In this document: positions 58,763 to 64,000 of the stretch, one piece after another
Position numbering within the stretch: position 1 is the first letter of the stretch
How the letters are laid out: every line of letters begins with the position of its first letter
Assembly (NCBI GenBank): GCA_024277555.1
Contig: JAJRUY010000320.1
Coordinates: 12,388-76,387, forward strand
Source: Gammaproteobacteria bacterium
Lineage (GTDB): Bacteria > Pseudomonadota > Gammaproteobacteria > Chromatiales > Chromatiaceae
Length of the DNA stretch: 64,000 nucleotides
Direction: 5' to 3'
Made by a program: the position numbers and the translations under genes
The notes under the pieces: model-generated
What the model was told of the DNA's origin: nothing
Seen by the model: the letters and a program-made list of their open reading frames with translations, nothing else
Databases searched by the model: none

Positions 58763-60814
58763 ATGAATACTACAATGAGCAGGGAAATAGCAATGAAAAT
58801 CAGAATTAAAATCAGACAACCATTGACAAATCCGGCGCTTGCCACATTATTTTTGATCGTGGCGTTGCTTCCCGGCACGGCTGTCTATGGGGCGACAAAA
58901 GTAACGCCTGATACCTTTATCCGGGCTGAGTCCGACCGGATGTTTTCAGATATTGCAAAGCAGGCCAGCGGCGTCAATAAACTCTTTCATTTCCGTCATA
59001 TCACACCGCTGGACAGGCAGACGGTCATCCGCATGAACAAGGATACGCTCTATTCCATGGGCATTGTGGATACACACAAGGGGGCAACCATCACCTTTCC
59101 TGAAATCCCCGATGGTCGTTACGCATCGATTTACCTGGTGGATAACGATCACTATGTGCCGGCGGTGTTTTACAAGCCGGGTATATACAAACTGCCCCGG
59201 GACACCAAATATCTGGGCATAGGCGTACGTATCCAGTTGTTCAATCCGGATGATCCGGAGGAGATCAAACTGATCAACCAACTGCAGGACCAGTTCGTTA
59301 TCAAAGCCAATTCGGCTGATCCATTCCCAGCTTTCAAATGGGACAAGGCATCTCTGAAAGCCCTGCATGCCCAGTATGAAAAAGAAGCGACCGGCTACAG
59401 TAACTGGAATGGCACGCAGGGTCCACGTGGAAAAGTTAATGAAAAGACCCGTCATATCGCCGCCGCAGCCGTCTGGGGGCTTTTCCCGGAAAAGGATGCA
59501 ACCTATCTGAATTACAGTGGTGAACATGATACCGGCTCTTGCTGGCAGGCAAGCTATCCGGCTCCGGAAAACAAGGCATTCTGGTCGATCACGGTATACG
59601 GCAAGGACGGTTTCCTCAAGCATGAGAACTCGATCGTTAATTCATCCAACGTCAAGCTCAATAATGATGGAACCTTCACCGTCTATTACGGTTCTCGTGC
59701 GCTGTGTGGAAAGGTTGCCAACCGGCTTGACGTTACACCGGGCTGGAACTTTCTGATGCGTATTTATCGCCCCGGAGAATCGGTGTTGGACGGCAGCTAT
59801 AAGTTGCCGGAAGCACAAAGGTATGTGCGCGACATGATCGAGAACTATATCCGGGAATTTCCCAACCAGGAACAGGCCGAGATGATGAATGCCTGGTTGA
59901 AGGAGCACGACAAGGGCACCTTCTGGTTCACCGGCCTGGTGGATCCGGACGATGATACCGTCATTACGCCGCAGGCTACCGTGGATTACGGCTACAACTG
60001 GTTCAGCCTTTCCGATGGACCAGCCATTGTGAATACTCCGCAGTACGATAAATTCTTCTCCGTGTCAGTGTTTGACATGAAGCACAACGTACCTGCAGTC
60101 ATCGTCAATCCCGGCAAACCCATTGTGTTAATGCGACCAGGGCAGGAAAAGCCCAGCGGTGATTTCCATGTGGTGGAACTGGAAACAGATCAGGGCCTGG
60201 TGTTCACGCGAATGGTGGTGGTTGACAACCTGCAAGAAGTTGAAGGTTTGAGACAGTATTTCAGCATGGAAGGCGGCAAGGGTGATATGCATCGAGAGGT
60301 CTATAAGTTCTCTCCCGCGATCAAGAAATCAGCGCTGGCGATGATCAGCCATTCTTTGTCTTATGTGAATCCGGATGTCGCGTTTGGTGAAAAATCCGGT
60401 GATGCGGGTGAGTTGAGCCTGGCTGCAGGTGTCATGCTGGGGCAATTGGGTACCCCGGCAGATACGGTGCGCTATGGTCTTATTCTGGCTGATGAGCATG
60501 GCAAGCCATTCAATGACAAGGACACTTATGTCCTGACCGTTCCAGCAGGTATTGTGCATGACAACGGCTATTTCTCGGTAACGCTTTACGGCTCTGATAA
60601 TAAGCTGCTGATACCCAACGACAGAAAAGTCTACGACAGCACGACCTATACCGCAGAGAAAAATTCAGATGGCACCTACACCGTCACACTGAGCCCTTCC
60701 GGTGAAGGCGAGAACGGCATACCCACCGGTGGAAAAGTATTTTACGGAATACTCAGAGCCTACGTCCCGGTCAAGGGAGCGGATATGACGGTCAGGGTAA
60801 AGACAAAGAAATAG
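58763..60814 (+). CDS. Secreted tandem DUF1254/DUF1214 protein
   Basis: Signal-like segment; unit 1 has RMNKDTLYS, FWSITVY and GWNFLMRIYRP; unit 2 has DYGYNWFSL, FSVTLY and ILRAYVP. Confidence 0.75.
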   Translation: MNTTMSREIAMKIRIKIRQPLTNPALATLFLIVALLPGTAVYGATKVTPDTFIRAESDRMFSDIAKQASGVNKLFHFRHITPLDRQTVIRMNKDTLYSMGIVDTHKGATITFPEIPDGRYASIYLVDNDHYVPAVFYKPGIYKLPRDTKYLGIGVRIQLFNPDDPEEIKLINQLQDQFVIKANSADPFPAFKWDKASLKALHAQYEKEATGYSNWNGTQGPRGKVNEKTRHIAAAAVWGLFPEKDATYLNYSGEHDTGSCWQASYPAPENKAFWSITVYGKDGFLKHENSIVNSSNVKLNNDGTFTVYYGSRALCGKVANRLDVTPGWNFLMRIYRPGESVLDGSYKLPEAQRYVRDMIENYIREFPNQEQAEMMNAWLKEHDKGTFWFTGLVDPDDDTVITPQATVDYGYNWFSLSDGPAIVNTPQYDKFFSVSVFDMKHNVPAVIVNPGKPIVLMRPGQEKPSGDFHVVELETDQGLVFTRMVVVDNLQEVEGLRQYFSMEGGKGDMHREVYKFSPAIKKSALAMISHSLSYVNPDVAFGEKSGDAGELSLAAGVMLGQLGTPADTVRYGLILADEHGKPFNDKDTYVLTVPAGIVHDNGYFSVTLYGSDNKLLIPNDRKVYDSTTYTAEKNSDGTYTVTLSPSGEGENGIPTGGKVFYGILRAYVPVKGADMTVRVKTKK

Positions 60815-60824
60815 AGGATCCCTG

Positions 60825-61604
60825 ATGAACACACTAGCCAATTCAGCCCTTCCCGGCGGCAAGCGAGCGTCAGCCCCCGGCTGGGCCGTTGCCATGAACC
60901 GGTGGTTGCGCTACCTGACGGAAGACCTGGGCGGCGGCCCGCGTGTAATCCGGATCGCGCAGATGATCAATTTTCATAAAGTAATCACCATTTTCCTGAT
61001 CTACGCGATGATGGTGTACTTCAATAATTACTCAACGGCTGCCTGGATATACCTGGCACTGCAAGGTACCTACGGTTACTGCTGGTTGATCAAGGATTTC
61101 TCTTTTCGCGATGTTTATTTCGACAAGCGGGTGACCTTCGGTGGTGTCCTGGCGACTTATGCAGGGCTGGTTGGGTGGTACTGGCTATTGCCGTACCTGT
61201 TCATTTCCGGAAACGTCCAACCATCGAATGAGATGCTGTGGTTTTGCGTTTCGTTGCACACTCTGGGTTGCGTGCTGATGGTCGCGGCCGACCTGCAGAA
61301 GAACATCGTGCTGCGCCTGCGCAAAGGCCTGATCACGGATGGCGTGTTCACCTATTCACGCAACCCGAATTATCTCGGTGAGATCATGATCTATGGAACC
61401 TATGCACTGTTGGTCGGACACTGGGCTGGTTGGGCTGTAGTTTTGTGGTGCTGGTTCGGTGTGTTCCTGCCACGCATGCTTCTCAAGGATGCGTCCATAT
61501 CCCGGCACTCCGGTTGGTCGGAATACAAGAAACGCAGTGGGCTGCTGATGCCGTGGCGGGTATTCAACGGGCGGGCTGTTTTTGATCGGGTAAGCAGCAG
61601 ATGA
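60825..61604 (+). CDS. DUF1295 / steroid 5-alpha-reductase-like membrane protein
   Basis: Multiple TM segments; ADLQK, GLITDG.F.YSRNPNYLGE. Confidence 0.8.
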   Translation: MNTLANSALPGGKRASAPGWAVAMNRWLRYLTEDLGGGPRVIRIAQMINFHKVITIFLIYAMMVYFNNYSTAAWIYLALQGTYGYCWLIKDFSFRDVYFDKRVTFGGVLATYAGLVGWYWLLPYLFISGNVQPSNEMLWFCVSLHTLGCVLMVAADLQKNIVLRLRKGLITDGVFTYSRNPNYLGEIMIYGTYALLVGHWAGWAVVLWCWFGVFLPRMLLKDASISRHSGWSEYKKRSGLLMPWRVFNGRAVFDRVSSR

Positions 61605-61679
61605 CTATAAAAGCGAAGCGCTCATTGTTGGTCCCCCGCATTTCCCTGGTGCTATTTAAGTGTAAATGCCGGAAATTGC

Positions 61680-61693
61680 TTGACTTAGGTCAA
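61680..61693. promoter_or_regulatory. Palindromic regulatory site TTGAC-N4-GTCAA (FNR/CRP-like or TetR)
   Basis: Perfect 5-bp arms in the AT-rich spacer about 170 bp upstream of the DUF1302 gene. Confidence 0.4.
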
Positions 61694-61860
61694 TTGTCCT
61701 TAATGTATACCACCAATGACCTCTTTAAGCCTTTTCGATACCTGTCAGGTTTTTTAGTATGTTGTGTTCAGGAATTATACGGGGTGCAGTACTCGTGAAA
61801 TCTTGCGTGGAACTGAATCCAATTCGAGTTGACTTTGTTAATCGTCTATAGGGAGCGACC

Positions 61861-63708
61861 ATGAAGACTAGAATAATTGGCACAGAAAAAAGGCGTTGGG
61901 TTTTGCGCTCTGCGATCGTCGCAGCGCTGGCAATATCTTCAACTGCACAGGCAGCTACCTGGGAGTGGGGTGACTGGGAAGGTAGCTGGGACAATACCGT
62001 CACCTACGGTATTTCCTTCAGAGGGGAGGATCCGGACCCTGCGTTGATCGGTGGCGGCAACGGAGGAACTCCAAAGGGCGCCCCGTCGACACTGGTGACG
62101 GACGACGGTAACCTGAACTTCGAAAAGGGCGATATTTTCTCCAATGTCCTCAAGGGCACATCCGAGATGGAACTGAGCAACGGCCAGTTCGGATTCTTCG
62201 GCCGCATCAAGTACTGGTACGACTTCGAACTGAAAAACGGCAAAATGCCGCATGGTCACTCACCGAATAACTACGAAGCGGGAGCAAAGCTGAACGATGA
62301 TGACTTTGCTGACTATGCAAAGTTTTCCGGGCTGGAACTGCTGGATCTGTTTGTCTACGGCAACTTCGATCTGGGCGATTACCCTCTTGATCTGCGTGTA
62401 GGCCGCCAGATGGTGAACTGGGGTGAGTCGACTTTCATCCAGGGTATCAACGTACTCAACCCCATTGATGTCACCGCTTTACGGCGCCCTGGTGCTGAAC
62501 TCAAGGAAGCCTTTCTTCCCGTGGCCTTAATCTACGGCAACCTTGGCCTGGGTGGAGGCTGGAGTGCTGAGGCTTACTACCAGATTAAATGGGAACAAAC
62601 AGTCATCGATGGTTGCGGTACCTTCTTCTCGACAGTGGATTTCGCATCCGCAGGCTGTAACTCGTTGCTCGCCCCCGACCCCGGATTACCGGATGTCATT
62701 ACCCAGAACATCATTAACGTAAAGAAAGACCCATTTGTCGACGAAGCCAGCGACAGCGGGCAATATGGCATCGCCTTACGCAACTATGTCGAGAAGCTCG
62801 ATACCGAGTTCGGCTTCTACTACCAGAATCTGCACAGCCGCACACCGAAGGTTAACGTACGCTATAACATGGGTGCGATTGCAGCTGGTTCCATCCTTGG
62901 CGGCAGCCCCGTACCGGCGTATTACCAGATTGCCTATCCGGAAGACATGGGCGTCTGGGGTGTGAGCTTCGCAACCAATATCGGTGCTGTCGCAGTGTCC
63001 GGTGAAGTCAGCTACAAGCAGGATATGGCTATTGGCGTGAATGGCACAACAGAGTTAATCGGTGGCCTGGGATCTCTTGGCGGCCTCGCTTTTGTTCCTG
63101 AAGCCGGTAACGTTGTTGCATGTCTCATACCGCCGCCGGAAGCTTTGGGACAATTTGGTCCGAGAGCATGGGCAGCAGCTTGCGAATTTGCCCAGACAGG
63201 TGATGGTCTGGCACAAGGCTGGGATGCCTTCGACGTTACCCAGGCGCAGACCACTGCCATTTACTTCTGGGAACAGGGTCTGGGCTCCCAACGCGTCACG
63301 CTGGTTGGTGAGGTAGCCTGGATAGGCGTTAGTAATCTGCCGCCAAATTCAGAAATGGTCTACGGACGGAATCCCATTTTCGGTGCGCCGACAAACCTCG
63401 GTGGCACGAGTAATGAAGGTTTCGTTACATCCAATTCCTGGGGCTACCGGCTGCGCGCCGTTGCGGACTATCCCAACGTATTTGCAGGGGTTGGTCTCAA
63501 ACCCAGTATTGCCTGGTCGCATGATGTCAGCGGCACCTCGCCCACGCCCTTCTTTTCAGATGGCCGCAAAGCATTCAGTCTCGGCCTGGGCGCTAACTAC
63601 CTGACCAAGTACCGGGGTAATATCTCCTACACCTGGTTCAGCGGTGGTGTTGCGAACCCGGCAGCAGACCGGGATTTCTTCTCACTCACACTCTCATTAG
63701 ATTTCTGA
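61861..63708 (+). CDS. DUF1302 outer-membrane beta-barrel-like protein
   Basis: Signal peptide, DDGNLNF, GRQMVNWGESTFI, PGAELKE, WGYRL, C-terminal DRDF..L..F. Confidence 0.9.
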   Translation: MKTRIIGTEKRRWVLRSAIVAALAISSTAQAATWEWGDWEGSWDNTVTYGISFRGEDPDPALIGGGNGGTPKGAPSTLVTDDGNLNFEKGDIFSNVLKGTSEMELSNGQFGFFGRIKYWYDFELKNGKMPHGHSPNNYEAGAKLNDDDFADYAKFSGLELLDLFVYGNFDLGDYPLDLRVGRQMVNWGESTFIQGINVLNPIDVTALRRPGAELKEAFLPVALIYGNLGLGGGWSAEAYYQIKWEQTVIDGCGTFFSTVDFASAGCNSLLAPDPGLPDVITQNIINVKKDPFVDEASDSGQYGIALRNYVEKLDTEFGFYYQNLHSRTPKVNVRYNMGAIAAGSILGGSPVPAYYQIAYPEDMGVWGVSFATNIGAVAVSGEVSYKQDMAIGVNGTTELIGGLGSLGGLAFVPEAGNVVACLIPPPEALGQFGPRAWAAACEFAQTGDGLAQGWDAFDVTQAQTTAIYFWEQGLGSQRVTLVGEVAWIGVSNLPPNSEMVYGRNPIFGAPTNLGGTSNEGFVTSNSWGYRLRAVADYPNVFAGVGLKPSIAWSHDVSGTSPTPFFSDGRKAFSLGLGANYLTKYRGNISYTWFSGGVANPAADRDFFSLTLSLDF

Positions 63709-63738
63709 TCACGCATTCAGTTAAAGGAGTTATTTGAT

Positions 63739-64000
63739 ATGAAACATATTTATATAAAAGCTGCAATTTGTGCAGCACTGGCGCTGAGCGTGACCACCGC
63801 GATCGCCAAGGTACCAGAATCGGAACTGGCACGACTGGACAGCGACCTGACCCCGATGGGCTCGGAAAGGGCCGGCAACGAAGCAGGCACCATTCCGGAA
63901 TGGACCGGCGGACTCACCACGGCGCCGGCGGGCTACACCCCTGGCGACCACCTGGTGGATCCTTTCCCGGATGACCAGCCGCTGTTTACCATTACTGCGG
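63739..64000 (+). CDS. DUF1329 periplasmic protein; partial, runs off the window
   Basis: Manual translation MKHIYIKAAICAALALS...LTPMGSERAGNEAGTIPEWTGG; AAGGAG RBS. Confidence 0.88.
   Translation, partial: MKHIYIKAAICAALALSVTTAIAKVPESELARLDSDLTPMGSERAGNEAGTIPEWTGGLTTAPAGYTPGDHLVDPFPDDQPLFTITA

Noticed and set aside
35204-61604. Complete steroid degradation cluster
   Set aside because: No KstD, KshAB or HsaA-D ring-cleavage genes were seen, and choD is truncated; only steroid-like family labels are present.
1-64000. CRISPR arrays, rRNA, prophage or conjugation genes
   Set aside because: No regularly spaced repeats or diagnostic genes were seen by eye.

Overview
Gammaproteobacterial chromosome segment. 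Gene order and content look Xanthomonadales-like (lptM-dapF-yigA-xerC without lysA, Xanthomonas-type oleABC); this taxonomy is an inference. The window has two halves. About 1-25.9 kb is mostly housekeeping: a partial oleABC olefin biosynthesis operon, a PPTase, a phospholipase D, ubiEJB, hslVU with a sigma32 promoter, xerC/yigA/dapF/lptM, hemCDXY, lipid enzymes and a degenerate TPR-sulfotransferase. After tRNA-Gly(CCC) at 25887-25960 comes a patchy accessory region with many scars and no integrase. It holds: (i) an AraC / U32-like Cys-rich protein / Asp-Asn beta-hydroxylase / TPR-sulfotransferase cluster; (ii) many hydrophobic-substrate genes (ALDH, GMC oxidoreductases, DUF1329/DUF1302, acyl-CoA dehydrogenases, alkyl sulfatase, WS/DGAT, SCP-x thiolase, CoA ligase, SDRs, 5-alpha-reductase-like protein); (iii) a glycyl radical enzyme plus activase that keeps diol-dehydratase catalytic motifs but has a rewritten substrate loop, and whose divergent promoter appears deleted; (iv) a 1.8 kb insert bounded by a 176-bp direct repeat of an araC 5' end, carrying an AAA_14/DUF4143 ATPase gene with a predicted leaderless promoter plus gene debris, including an IS91-type transposase relic. 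The best candidates for undescribed biology are the GRE and the U32/AspH/sulfotransferase cluster. All family assignments come from motif recognition by eye; no database searches were run.
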